From IMG/VR virus record IMGVR_UViG_3300027278_000424: DNA of 64,000 bases. One strand, given 5' to 3'. The notes beneath the pieces are model-generated. The model was not told the origin of the DNA and did not search any database. It was given only the letters and a program-made list of their open reading frames with translations. Position 1 is the stretch's first letter; the number at the start of each line of letters is the position of its first letter. Source of the DNA: an uncultured virus (IMG/VR IMGVR_UViG_3300027278_000424). Lineage: Duplodnaviria > Heunggongvirae > Uroviricota > Caudoviricetes. The translations under genes were made by a program, and so were the position numbers. Of this stretch, positions 8,342-17,060 are shown piece after piece.

Positions 8342-9997
8342 ATGATACAATTAGGAATAGCAGCATTCTACCACGATTCAGCAGCATGTATCGTCAAAGA
8401 CGGTAAAGTAATAGCCGCAGTAGAAGAAGAAAGATTTACAGAAATTAAACACGATGCTGCATTTCCTGTAAATGCAATAAAATGGTGTCTGAAAGAAGCA
8501 AGAATTAAAATCACAGACATAGATGAAGTATGTTGGTATGAGAATCCTGAAACTAAAAAAGATAGAGTTAATAAAATCTTTAATAAAAGACCATTTACTA
8601 CTTTTTTTCTTCGGAAGAAATTCTTACGGGAGTTTAAAACAAAGAATCCGGCTACGTTATTACAAACTATTGGATACACAGGAAGGATATCTTTCGTTGA
8701 CCATCATATGTCTCATGCTGCTTTTAGTTTTCTTACTAGCCCTTACCAATCTGCCGCGATTCTAACCGTAGACGGTGTAGGAGAATGGGAAACAGTAGGA
8801 ATATACAAAGGTTCAGAAAACGGTATAGAGAAGGTGTTATCCATTGATTTCCCCAACTCTCTCGGTATGTTATACTCTACGGTAACATCTTATTTAGGGT
8901 TTAAACCTAATGAAGGAGAGTACAAGGTAATGGGTCTAGCACCGTATGGAAATGCCTCTAAATACTTCGATAAATTAGATAAGATATTTTGTCATTCAGA
9001 TAATAAATTCTGGATAGATCAAAGATACTTTACTTGGGAGTATTCAGAACGTATAATGTTCAATAAAAAGTTTTGCAAATTACTTGGATTACCGCCAAGA
9101 CTTCCGGAAGATGAATTAACACAAGACCATAAAGATTTAGCAGCAGCTTTACAAAAAATCTACGAAAGAGAATTTGTAAGACTGGTCAAAAGAGCTAAAC
9201 TTATGACAAGAGAAGTAAATTTATGCCTAGGAGGCGGATGTGCCTACAACGGTGTAGCAAATTCATTAGCATATGATCATTTTGACAGTATTCATATTCC
9301 TTTTGCACCTTCCGATGCGGGATCAGCAATAGGAGCTTGTCTATATCAGTATAGAGGAGAAAGACAAGATAATTCATCACCATATTTAGGTCCTGAATAC
9401 ACTAATTTCATAGTTCAGAGTACATTACATGGGTATGAAGATAAAGTTCAATGGTTTAAATTAACAGAAGAAAAGTTAATTAAAAAAACAGCAGAACTTT
9501 TAAGAGGTCAAAATATAATAGCTTGGTTTCAAGGTAGAATGGAGTTTGGAGCAAGAGCTTTAGGAAACCGTTCAATTTTAGCATCTCCAAAAGATCCTAA
9601 AATGAGAGAGAAGCTAAATTACGTAATAAAAAAGAGAGAAGGATTTAGACCATTCGCTCCTTCCGTAACAGAAGAACAAGCCGATAGATGGTTTTATGTT
9701 CAAGAGAATATACCTTATATGAATCAAGTTGTAAACGCCAAAGTAAGAGACTTAGAAGCTGCAACACATGTAGACGGATCATGTAGAGTTCATACAGTAA
9801 CTAAAAAACAAAATCCAAGATATCACGCACTCATTACTGAACTTGGTAGAATAGATGAAAAAGCAGTTGTACTCAACACCTCTTTTAATCTTAAAGATCA
9901 AACAATCACTATGACTCCAAAACAAGCAATAGAAAGATTTATAAATTCAGAAATAAACTATTTAGTAATCAATAATTTTTTAATAAGAAAAATATGA
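8342..9997 (+). CDS. O-carbamoyltransferase (NodU/CmcH family)
   Basis: HDSAA, EEERF, HHMSHA, DGVGE, GEYKVMGLAPYG, EFGARALGNRS, FRPFAP, LNTSFN. Confidence 0.93.
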   Translation: MIQLGIAAFYHDSAACIVKDGKVIAAVEEERFTEIKHDAAFPVNAIKWCLKEARIKITDIDEVCWYENPETKKDRVNKIFNKRPFTTFFLRKKFLREFKTKNPATLLQTIGYTGRISFVDHHMSHAAFSFLTSPYQSAAILTVDGVGEWETVGIYKGSENGIEKVLSIDFPNSLGMLYSTVTSYLGFKPNEGEYKVMGLAPYGNASKYFDKLDKIFCHSDNKFWIDQRYFTWEYSERIMFNKKFCKLLGLPPRLPEDELTQDHKDLAAALQKIYEREFVRLVKRAKLMTREVNLCLGGGCAYNGVANSLAYDHFDSIHIPFAPSDAGSAIGACLYQYRGERQDNSSPYLGPEYTNFIVQSTLHGYEDKVQWFKLTEEKLIKKTAELLRGQNIIAWFQGRMEFGARALGNRSILASPKDPKMREKLNYVIKKREGFRPFAPSVTEEQADRWFYVQENIPYMNQVVNAKVRDLEAATHVDGSCRVHTVTKKQNPRYHALITELGRIDEKAVVLNTSFNLKDQTITMTPKQAIERFINSEINYLVINNFLIRKI

Positions 9998-10110
9998 AAT
10001 TAATACAGTGGATTAAAGCCAAAATTTGGGAATATAAAAAAGAAAAAGAGTATAAGAAAAAGATCGCTGAATTAAAAAAAAGAGATCCTTTTACGTATAA
10101 AAACTTCTAA
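9994..10110 (+). CDS. Small basic protein coupled to carbamoyltransferase, 38 aa (not in ORF track)
   Basis: ATGA overlap; MKLIQWIKAKIW...KKRDPFTYKNF. Confidence 0.6.
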   Translation: MKLIQWIKAKIWEYKKEKEYKKKIAELKKRDPFTYKNF

Positions 10111-10115
10111 AAAAG

Positions 10116-10146
10116 TTTGTAGATTAAATTTATATTCTTATCTTAA
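10116..10146 (+). promoter_or_regulatory. Promoter of the queD/queE unit (TTTG-N19-TATCTTAA)
   Basis: Matches the window-wide motif. Confidence 0.7.
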
Positions 10147-10159
10147 GATATAAGACGAT

Positions 10160-10190
10160 AGTGTCGTAGCACCACTTTAAAAACACCGGA
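10160..10190 (+). promoter_or_regulatory. Candidate preQ1 class I riboswitch
   Basis: AGUG-UCGUAGCAC-CACU-UUAAAAACAC: short P1, UCG...C loop and A-rich tail, between a promoter and the ATG of a queD/queE operon. Confidence 0.6.
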
Positions 10191-10484
10191 ATGGCAATGT
10201 ATAGAGCTAACCGCCCAGTAGATTTAAAAACAGGAGAAGATTTAGAACAAGATCTTAACAACCTAAGAGAGCAGATTGAAAAAGATCTGTACGAAGTCAA
10301 TCAAAGACAGACTACACAAAAATTAAAGGATATACCAAATCCTAAATTACATCAAATAATCTCATTTGTAAAATCCGCCATACGAATTGTATTCTCATTT
10401 GTAGGTATAATAGGATTTTATGAATTGGGATTTTTTGGCTTACTAATAGCCGAAATAGTTGGTATTTACGAAGAATTAGTTTAA
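10191..10484 (+). CDS. Hypothetical protein with C-terminal hydrophobic segments
   Basis: Hydrophobic stretches ending LLIAEIVGIYEELV; first gene of the queD operon. Confidence 0.7.
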   Translation: MAMYRANRPVDLKTGEDLEQDLNNLREQIEKDLYEVNQRQTTQKLKDIPNPKLHQIISFVKSAIRIVFSFVGIIGFYELGFFGLLIAEIVGIYEELV

Positions 10485-10493
10485 ATTAAAGTT

Positions 10494-10961
10494 ATGGGAA
10501 AATTTCAATCAACAAAAGTCTTTGACGGATTCAGTACGGTATTTCGTCAATGGAGGGCAGATGGTACTCACTGCCAAAAATTACACGGATACGGAGTATC
10601 TTTTAAACTATGGTTTGAAGGAGATCTAGATGAAAGAAACTGGGTCTGGGATTTCGGAGGAATGAAAAGAGCTAAAGGAACAATCGATGGGATGTCTCCT
10701 AAAGATTGGATGGACTATATGTTTGACCACACTTTTATCGTAGCCGAAGATGATCCATTCAGAGATTCCTTCTTAAAGATGGATGAGGCTGGTGTAGCAC
10801 AGGTAAGAATAGTACCTGCTACCGGTGCAGAAAGGTTTGCACAATTTGTATACGACAAGGTAGGGCCTTTTATAGAGACTGAGACTGAAGGTCGAGTAAA
10901 AGTTATAAAAGTAGAATTTAGAGAACACGGTAAAAACTCAGCTATATATGTCCCTAGGTAG
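10494..10961 (+). CDS. queD: 6-carboxytetrahydropterin synthase
   Basis: HCQKLHGY, WDFG, FDHT, AERFA, C-terminal E...NSA. Confidence 0.9.
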   Translation: MGKFQSTKVFDGFSTVFRQWRADGTHCQKLHGYGVSFKLWFEGDLDERNWVWDFGGMKRAKGTIDGMSPKDWMDYMFDHTFIVAEDDPFRDSFLKMDEAGVAQVRIVPATGAERFAQFVYDKVGPFIETETEGRVKVIKVEFREHGKNSAIYVPR

Positions 10962-11727
10962 AATAGAAGATTTCGATAAAAATCTACCTATTGTAGAGAT
11001 TTATACTGCAGTACAATCAGAAGGTTCAAGAGCCGGGTACCCAACAGTGGTTATTAGAACTACAGGGTGTACCCATAGATGTTACTTTGGTGAAGGAGGC
11101 TGGTGTGATAGCTGGTATACTTCTATTCATCCAGAAAAAGGTAAATATTCCTTTAATGATATTATAAAAGCATATGATGATAATCCTCACATCACTGAAA
11201 TGATGTTGACAGGAGGTTCACCTTCTATGCATGGAAAATTAGTTAACGAATTAACACATTTAGCTCATGAGAGAGGCCTTTTTATTACTATGGAGAATGA
11301 AGGCTCCCATTACCTGGAAACTGACTATCCTATCAATTTATTGTCGATATCTCCTAAGTTCAGCAACTCAGTACCTGTCATCGGTGTTGCGACCCCTCAA
11401 GGTGGAATCACGGACGAAAGAATGGTAAAACAGCATAATAAGTTTAGGCTTAATTACGATGCTATTAAAAAAAGCATTGCTTATCATTCAGACTACCATT
11501 TAAAACCGGTATGGGATGGAAAAGATGAAAAGTCTTTACAAGAGATTTTAGACTGTATTAAAACTCTAGACGCACCTCAAGACAAAGTATGGTTTATGCC
11601 AGCAGGAGATACAAGAGAAGCATTACAGAAGTCTTACCCGATTTTATTTGACTGGGTGAGAGATAACGGATACAGGTTAACATGGAGACCGCATATTATT
11701 GCGTTTGAAGATCAAAGAGAAGTTTAA
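10948..11727 (+). CDS. queE: 7-carboxy-7-deazaguanine synthase (radical SAM)
   Basis: EIY..VQSEG..AG.P.V.IRT.GC; CX3CX7C; LTGGSP; SISPK; overlaps queD. Confidence 0.92.
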   Translation: MSLGRIEDFDKNLPIVEIYTAVQSEGSRAGYPTVVIRTTGCTHRCYFGEGGWCDSWYTSIHPEKGKYSFNDIIKAYDDNPHITEMMLTGGSPSMHGKLVNELTHLAHERGLFITMENEGSHYLETDYPINLLSISPKFSNSVPVIGVATPQGGITDERMVKQHNKFRLNYDAIKKSIAYHSDYHLKPVWDGKDEKSLQEILDCIKTLDAPQDKVWFMPAGDTREALQKSYPILFDWVRDNGYRLTWRPHIIAFEDQREV

Positions 11728-11731
11728 AACT

Positions 11732-11944
11732 ATGGCACAATATCAAGTAATTAAAATGCTTCGTAAAATCACAGAAGCAGACAGAGAAAAAGCACTAATG
11801 ACATTAGAGCTACTTACACAAAATCCAGCTGGAATTGGAGACCACTCTACAGAAGATTTTTACAATAATGCAATAGAAGCAATTAAAGCATTGGCTGAAG
11901 CCGATGATGTATTGGAAACTATAGAACGTTATTATCCTAACTAA
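11732..11944 (+). CDS. Hypothetical protein (likely start MAQYQ)
   Basis: Contains NPAGIGDHS; the start at 11732 avoids overlap with queE. Confidence 0.7.
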   Translation: MAQYQVIKMLRKITEADREKALMTLELLTQNPAGIGDHSTEDFYNNAIEAIKALAEADDVLETIERYYPN

Positions 11945-11947
11945 GAT

Positions 11948-12259
11948 ATGAGTTATATAATTGGATCACCTTGTGTTAGTACCTGCGATACTGCCTGTGT
12001 TGATGTCTGCCCTGTAGACTGTATTCACGGCCCTATAGACGTAACAGGTGCAGGAGCAGAAGTAGCCGGAATGACCAAAGAGGAGATAGAAGGAAAAATG
12101 CTATATATTAACCCTGACGAATGTATTGACTGCGGAGCTTGCCTACCAGAATGCCCGGTAAAAGCAATCTTTGATTCAGAACAAGATGCAATTGAAGCAG
12201 GAGAAGAAGAGTACGTTCATAAGAACTACGAGTTTTTTGGACTTAAATTTATCAACTAA
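11948..12259 (+). CDS. 4Fe-4S dicluster ferredoxin
   Basis: [10 protein letters not shown] and [12 protein letters not shown]. Confidence 0.92.
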   Translation: MSYIIGSPCVSTCDTACVDVCPVDCIHGPIDVTGAGAEVAGMTKEEIEGKMLYINPDECIDCGACLPECPVKAIFDSEQDAIEAGEEEYVHKNYEFFGLKFIN

Positions 12260-12263
12260 CATA

Positions 12264-12848
12264 ATGAGAGTAAAACTAAGCCTAACCCTTATACTATTAA
12301 TTCAGGTAGTATTCGCACAAAAAAGACATAGGGTAGAATTCCAAGTAGATGATCTATATAAAGGTATTTATTCTGAAGTTTATGAACAACCACTGTATGT
12401 GGAATATACTGTTAAATGTCCCAACGGACAAGCATCTAGATCTGGAATGGATTTTTATACCGATAAAGATATACATACTTCTGACAATTTAGATTACGTA
12501 GATAATGTTTGGGACAAAGGACACTTAGCCCCTGCTGCCTCTTTTTCTTGTGATGTAAAGACACTTAAAAAAACATTTAGCTACCTTAATTCAGCACTCC
12601 AGCATCAAAACTTAAATAGAGGACAGTGGAGCCAATTAGAATCTTTTGAAAGAGATTTAGCAAACTTTTTTGAGGTTAAGGTTAGAATAGAAGTATTGTT
12701 TGAAGGAAAATTAACAGTTTTACCATCAGGAGCGACAGTACCATCCGGGTTCGTAAAAACTATAGAGTTTGACGGGAGAAAGGTTATTTTTAAATTTCCT
12801 AATAACGGAACGCATATTTCAAATTGGATAGAATATAGAACAAACTAA
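12264..12848 (+). CDS. DNA/RNA non-specific endonuclease with signal peptide
   Basis: DKGHLAPAA, TFSYLN, QNLNRGQW..LE; likely start MRVKLS. Confidence 0.85.
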   Translation: MRVKLSLTLILLIQVVFAQKRHRVEFQVDDLYKGIYSEVYEQPLYVEYTVKCPNGQASRSGMDFYTDKDIHTSDNLDYVDNVWDKGHLAPAASFSCDVKTLKKTFSYLNSALQHQNLNRGQWSQLESFERDLANFFEVKVRIEVLFEGKLTVLPSGATVPSGFVKTIEFDGRKVIFKFPNNGTHISNWIEYRTN

Positions 12849-12851
12849 GAT

Positions 12852-13271
12852 ATGACAGAAAAGGTTTTTTTTAATTGGGATTGGGTTAATTTACAATTAG
12901 CTCTAATTCACCAACAGGTTTCAAAAGTAAAATACAACATCAGGCACGTAAGTGGAATTCCAAGAGGAGGTTTAATTCCGGCAGTTCTATTCTCACATAG
13001 GTATGGTTTTAAATTTATGGAGTTAGAACAGGCTAAAAATCTAACTACAGCAGCTAGAAAACAAGTCTTAGTATTTGACGATATAGCAGATACTGGAATT
13101 ACACTTTCAGAATTAGAAGGGTATGCGTTTAGAACAGCAACACTTGCTACAAGAGAGGGAAGTAAAATCATACCTACATTCACCGGAGAATTAATTACCA
13201 ACGATGATTGGTTAGTATTCCCCTGGGAAGAAAAAGATTCAAAAACAATTCAAGATTATCTTGTCAAATAG
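12852..13271 (+). CDS. Type I phosphoribosyltransferase (xanthine-guanine PRT-like)
   Basis: IPRGG, VLVFDDIADTGIT PRPP loop, WLVFPWE. Confidence 0.88.
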   Translation: MTEKVFFNWDWVNLQLALIHQQVSKVKYNIRHVSGIPRGGLIPAVLFSHRYGFKFMELEQAKNLTTAARKQVLVFDDIADTGITLSELEGYAFRTATLATREGSKIIPTFTGELITNDDWLVFPWEEKDSKTIQDYLVK

Positions 13272-13312
13272 AAAGATATTTCTTATATTTAAGTATACAA
13301 AAACAGTTATAG

Positions 13313-14020
13313 ATGGCTAAAAAATTTATTAAAGGAACCGAATTGGTTCAAGCAGGTTTTGCAAATGGTATTTCTACTCAATTAGCTCAAAAGCAGGCTA
13401 AAGATGGACCCGAAGCTAGACTTACCGAAATGGAGAAAAATGAAATCATTTTAAATGCTTCTAATGCATTTGCAGATTTCTTAACAGCTTTAGGAGTAGA
13501 TTACAAATCAGATCCTAACTCATCAGAAACTCCAACTAGAGTAGCTAAAGCATATGTTAACGACTTATGGGCAGGAAGGTATTCTCCTTTAGATAGAGTT
13601 ACAGCTTTCCCTTCAGATGGGTATGATGGTATCGTACAAGAAAGCAGAATACCTGTTATCTCTATGTGTTCTCATCACCATCAGCAAATTAGAGGAGAAG
13701 TAAGCATTGCTTATATTGCCTCAGAAAATGGTAAAGTAGTAGGATTATCCAAACTAAACAGAATTGTAGAACAATTTGGAAGAAGAGGAGCAATTCAAGA
13801 GCAATTAACTGTTGCAATCCATAATGCAGTAGATAAAATCTGTGAAGGAAACCAAGGAGTAGCCGTAATGATAAATGCTACACATGCTTGTGTATCCTGT
13901 AGAGGAGTTAAGCATCAAGGTGCAGCTATGCAGACTGCAAAATTAACAGGAGCATTTTTACACGAAGATTCAGCTAAAGCAGAGTTCTACAAAAATATAG
14001 AATTATCAATTAGAAACTAA
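13313..14020 (+). CDS. folE: GTP cyclohydrolase I
   Basis: TPTRVAK, SMCSHHH, VGLSKLNR, QEQLT, HACVSCRG. Confidence 0.95.
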   Translation: MAKKFIKGTELVQAGFANGISTQLAQKQAKDGPEARLTEMEKNEIILNASNAFADFLTALGVDYKSDPNSSETPTRVAKAYVNDLWAGRYSPLDRVTAFPSDGYDGIVQESRIPVISMCSHHHQQIRGEVSIAYIASENGKVVGLSKLNRIVEQFGRRGAIQEQLTVAIHNAVDKICEGNQGVAVMINATHACVSCRGVKHQGAAMQTAKLTGAFLHEDSAKAEFYKNIELSIRN

Positions 14021-14030
14021 AATTAATTTT

Positions 14031-14246
14031 ATGAGCATAATACCCGCAGAATTATATTACTGGCAAGTCACAGTAGAATTCAAAAGAGAGAACGATAGAG
14101 GTCGAATTCAAAAAGTAAAAGAAATTTACTTAGTAGATGCTATGACCGGAACAGAAGCAGAAGCTAAAACCTACAAAGAGTTAGAAGGAGAATCAGACTT
14201 TAAGGTAGTAAGCCTGACACAATCAAGAATTATAAAAGTTTATTAG
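14031..14246 (+). CDS. DUF4494-like protein
   Basis: KVKEIYLVDAMTGTEAEA resembles the Bacteroidota DUF4494 family. Confidence 0.65.
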   Translation: MSIIPAELYYWQVTVEFKRENDRGRIQKVKEIYLVDAMTGTEAEAKTYKELEGESDFKVVSLTQSRIIKVY

Positions 14247-14251
14247 AATTT

Positions 14252-14270
14252 GGTCCTTCGGGACCTTTTT
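14252..14270 (+). terminator. Intrinsic terminator overlapping the next promoter
   Basis: GGTCC-TTCG-GGACC then TTTTT; lies within TTTG(14249)-N20-TATCTTTA(14273). Confidence 0.8.
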
Positions 14271-14302
14271 CTTATCTTTATATTATATAAAAAATAAAAG
14301 TT

Positions 14303-14806
14303 ATGCAATTATCATTATTTGAAGAAGAAGGGTATATACCTTTTGTATCTGAAGTAGAAACATTTAACGCAACCTTTGGTAAACCAAACAATTATGTTCC
14401 AACCATACCTGAAAAGAAAGAATGGCAGTTCGTCTATGATTTTATCCTCGAAGAACTTGAAGAATATAGACAAGCTTGTGAAAATGGAGACATCGTGGAA
14501 GTTTTGGACGCTCTTTGCGATATTACTTATGTTTCCCTTGGGAACGGTGCTATGTTACATGGTCTTAAAGCAAAGATATGGCCAGCCTATCAAGAAGTCC
14601 AAGCAAGTAATATGTCAAAAGCTTGTAAAACTGAAGCAGAAGCCATACTTACCGTCAGCAAAAGAAGTGAAGAGCAAGGTGAGGCCTGCCATTTTGAAAA
14701 GATTGCAGAAGGAAGATATATTGTGTACCGTACTAGAGACCGAAAAGTAATGAAATCTGTTAACTACTTCAGACCAGACTTAAAACAATTTTTTGATGGC
14801 AATTAA
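14303..14806 (+). CDS. MazG-like NTP pyrophosphohydrolase (PRA-PH-like)
   Basis: EELEEY, EVLDALCDITYV, EVQASNMSK, KVMKS. Confidence 0.88.
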   Translation: MQLSLFEEEGYIPFVSEVETFNATFGKPNNYVPTIPEKKEWQFVYDFILEELEEYRQACENGDIVEVLDALCDITYVSLGNGAMLHGLKAKIWPAYQEVQASNMSKACKTEAEAILTVSKRSEEQGEACHFEKIAEGRYIVYRTRDRKVMKSVNYFRPDLKQFFDGN

Positions 14807-14993
14807 TTTAGAAGAACATAAAGTTTATGTAGAGAGTCATAAAATGGAAATGGTTCCCCTTTCTATTGCAATAGCAGCTATTGAACAAGCTAGCAATTTA
14901 CAAGCCTATCAAGCTAAGTTAGATGAAGCAATGAAAATGATGAATGATGCTTTTAAAGATATTAATAATACAGTAGAAGAAATAGATGATTAA
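14793..14993 (+). CDS. Hypothetical protein
   Basis: 66-aa ORF overlapping both neighbours. Confidence 0.65.
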   Translation: MMAINLEEHKVYVESHKMEMVPLSIAIAAIEQASNLQAYQAKLDEAMKMMNDAFKDINNTVEEIDD

Positions 14994-15786
14994 AATAGCA
15001 CACGAAAGCCCTAAAAGTATATTTACAGATGTACAAAAAGTTACCGATTATGATTATGCTTTAGTACATTTATTTGAAGAAGATGAAGAGTACTTAGAAC
15101 AGTTTAAAGTAGCTTTAAGAAAAGGTAGAGAGGTTATACTAGATAACTCTATCTTTGAATTAGAAGAAGCTTTTGATGCTGAAAAGTTTGCCGGATGGGT
15201 TGAAAGATTAAGACCTACCTGGTATATAGTACCAGATGCCTTAGAGAATGTTAAAAAGACTATGTCTCAAATGGCTGAATGGAATTTTAGATATAAAGAC
15301 CTGCCAGGCAAGAAGATAGGGGTAGTTCAAGGGAAGTCATATGAAGAGATAAAAGCTTGTTACATTTATATGAATGAGTTAGCTGATGTTGATATGATAG
15401 CGATATCCTTTGACTACTCGTACTATACTAAGTCTGTCCCACATCCTAACAAATATGTAAGTTGGATGCTTGGAAGGGTTAAACTCTTAGGAGACTTAAT
15501 GAAAGACGGTGTAATCAATGAGAGTAAACCTCATCACCTATTAGGATGTGGTCTACCTCAAGAATTCTCCTTCTACTCACAGTATCCCTGGATCTACTCA
15601 TTAGATACTTCTAACCCAGTAGTACATGGTATAAAAGGAATCGAGTACGGAGAAGACGGCTTATGGTCTAAAGAGTCTCAAAAGTTATTTGAACTTATTA
15701 ATTACGAAGTAGAAGATACAAATACGATCTTATACAATATTAATAAATTTAGATGGTTTACAAATGGCGAAAAGAAAACGGTATAA
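14986..15786 (+). CDS. dpdA: TGT-like TIM-barrel protein, probable DpdA deazaguanine DNA transglycosylase
   Basis: ILDNS, IVPD, GVVQG, HHLLG, SLDTS motifs in que-gene context; short, no TGT Zn site seen. Confidence 0.72.
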   Translation: MIKIAHESPKSIFTDVQKVTDYDYALVHLFEEDEEYLEQFKVALRKGREVILDNSIFELEEAFDAEKFAGWVERLRPTWYIVPDALENVKKTMSQMAEWNFRYKDLPGKKIGVVQGKSYEEIKACYIYMNELADVDMIAISFDYSYYTKSVPHPNKYVSWMLGRVKLLGDLMKDGVINESKPHHLLGCGLPQEFSFYSQYPWIYSLDTSNPVVHGIKGIEYGEDGLWSKESQKLFELINYEVEDTNTILYNINKFRWFTNGEKKTV

Positions 15787-15934
15787 AATAGGAGAGTTTG
15801 TAGAGTTTGCTTTTGCAGGTAGCACTGAAAAAGGAAAAGTTACACATATTAATGAAGCCGGAAGACTAACTGTCGATGATGGAAAGTATACCTACCCTGT
15901 AGATGTTGAACAAGTAATAAATGTTATAAAATGA
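15764..15934 (+). CDS. Small SH3-like hypothetical protein, 56 aa (not in ORF track)
   Basis: MAKRKRYKIGEFVEF...; ATGA-coupled to the next gene. Confidence 0.6.
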   Translation: MAKRKRYKIGEFVEFAFAGSTEKGKVTHINEAGRLTVDDGKYTYPVDVEQVINVIK

Positions 15935-16506
15935 ATAAACCTTGGATTTGTTTTTTCTCACAAACTGGAACTGAGATAGTAGATTTAGTAGAGAGACTCG
16001 GAAGACTCCCAGATAGAATTATTACTAACGAAAGACCTGAAAATCTCAGACAGATTAATAAACAGATCCTTTCTTGGGGTAACATAGAAGAGATTCTATA
16101 CTATACTCCGAATAAACCTACTGTAGAAGATTATGAAAGACTTCTAAGTAAGTTTGATAATCCGGTTATAACTCTACATGGCTGGCTAAGAGTGATACCT
16201 CCAGAACTTTGTGAAAAGTATACAATGTTTAATGGTCACCCTGGTCTCATTACAGACTATCCTGAACTTAAAGGTAAAGATCCTCAAGTAAGAACTTGGG
16301 ATGGAATTAAGAAAGATATCTACCCTACAGCAGGATGTGTTATTCATAGAGTTACAGCTGGAGTAGATGAAGGAAAGGTTTTATCTTTTGAAAGATTTTC
16401 TACTTGGGATATAGCCACTCTTGATGAATTATTTGACACCTTAAGAGACAGGAGTCTCTACTTATGGGTAAATTTACTTAAGGGAATAGTTGTAGAAAAG
16501 AAATAG
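15931..16506 (+). CDS. PurN-like formyltransferase, probable preQ1 formyltransferase (DpdN-like)
   Basis: FFSQTG, LHGWLRVIP, NGHPG, GCVIHRVTAGVDEG; next to the DpdA-like gene and queF. Confidence 0.8.
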   Translation: MNKPWICFFSQTGTEIVDLVERLGRLPDRIITNERPENLRQINKQILSWGNIEEILYYTPNKPTVEDYERLLSKFDNPVITLHGWLRVIPPELCEKYTMFNGHPGLITDYPELKGKDPQVRTWDGIKKDIYPTAGCVIHRVTAGVDEGKVLSFERFSTWDIATLDELFDTLRDRSLYLWVNLLKGIVVEKK

Positions 16507-16539
16507 TCTTCTTATCTTTATAGAAATAAAATAGGTTAT

Positions 16540-17058
16540 ATGATCAAAAGAATCGCATTAGTAGGAGCTAGTAGTACAGGTAAGACTACTGTTTACGAAT
16601 TACTTAAAAACAAAATACCTAAATACGAATTTATAAACGAATCTACCCGTAGTGTAGCTAAATATGGTTTTCCTATAAATGAACTAGGAACATCAGAAAC
16701 ACAGCTTGCTATTAGTAGTTTTCATTTAGAAGCGTTACTATCAGGTAACAATACCCTACTAGATAGATGTTATATGGATTTAGCTGTATATTCATCATTC
16801 ATGCCTAATATCTCTACAGAAGCATTTAGCTATATTATGGATACTTGGGAGAGAGTAAAAAACGAATATACCCATTATGTTTATTTTCCTATCGAATTTC
16901 AATCAGTTGATGATGGAGTTAGAAGTGTAAATGAAGAATGGAGAAAAGATATTGACTTACAATTTCAAAATCTACTAGAAGGAGTAAGACAGCCCTACCT
17001 AACTGTAACAGGGTCACCATTGCAGAGAGTTGAACAAATATTAGAATTTATTAGTTAA
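16540..17058 (+). CDS. P-loop nucleotide kinase/ATPase (AAA_28/NadR-like)
   Basis: GASSTGKTT Walker A, LDR, DDGVR. Confidence 0.8.
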   Translation: MIKRIALVGASSTGKTTVYELLKNKIPKYEFINESTRSVAKYGFPINELGTSETQLAISSFHLEALLSGNNTLLDRCYMDLAVYSSFMPNISTEAFSYIMDTWERVKNEYTHYVYFPIEFQSVDDGVRSVNEEWRKDIDLQFQNLLEGVRQPYLTVTGSPLQRVEQILEFIS

Positions 17059-17060
17059 TT

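Noticed and set aside
14986..15786. Canonical bacterial tgt and a full queuosine-tRNA pathway
   Set aside because: Too short, DNS in place of DSGG, no Zn-binding motif seen, and no queA/queG/queH in the window.
15931..16506. purN for de novo purine synthesis
   Set aside because: No other pur genes here; position between the DpdA-like gene and queF favours a modification role, though this is unproven.
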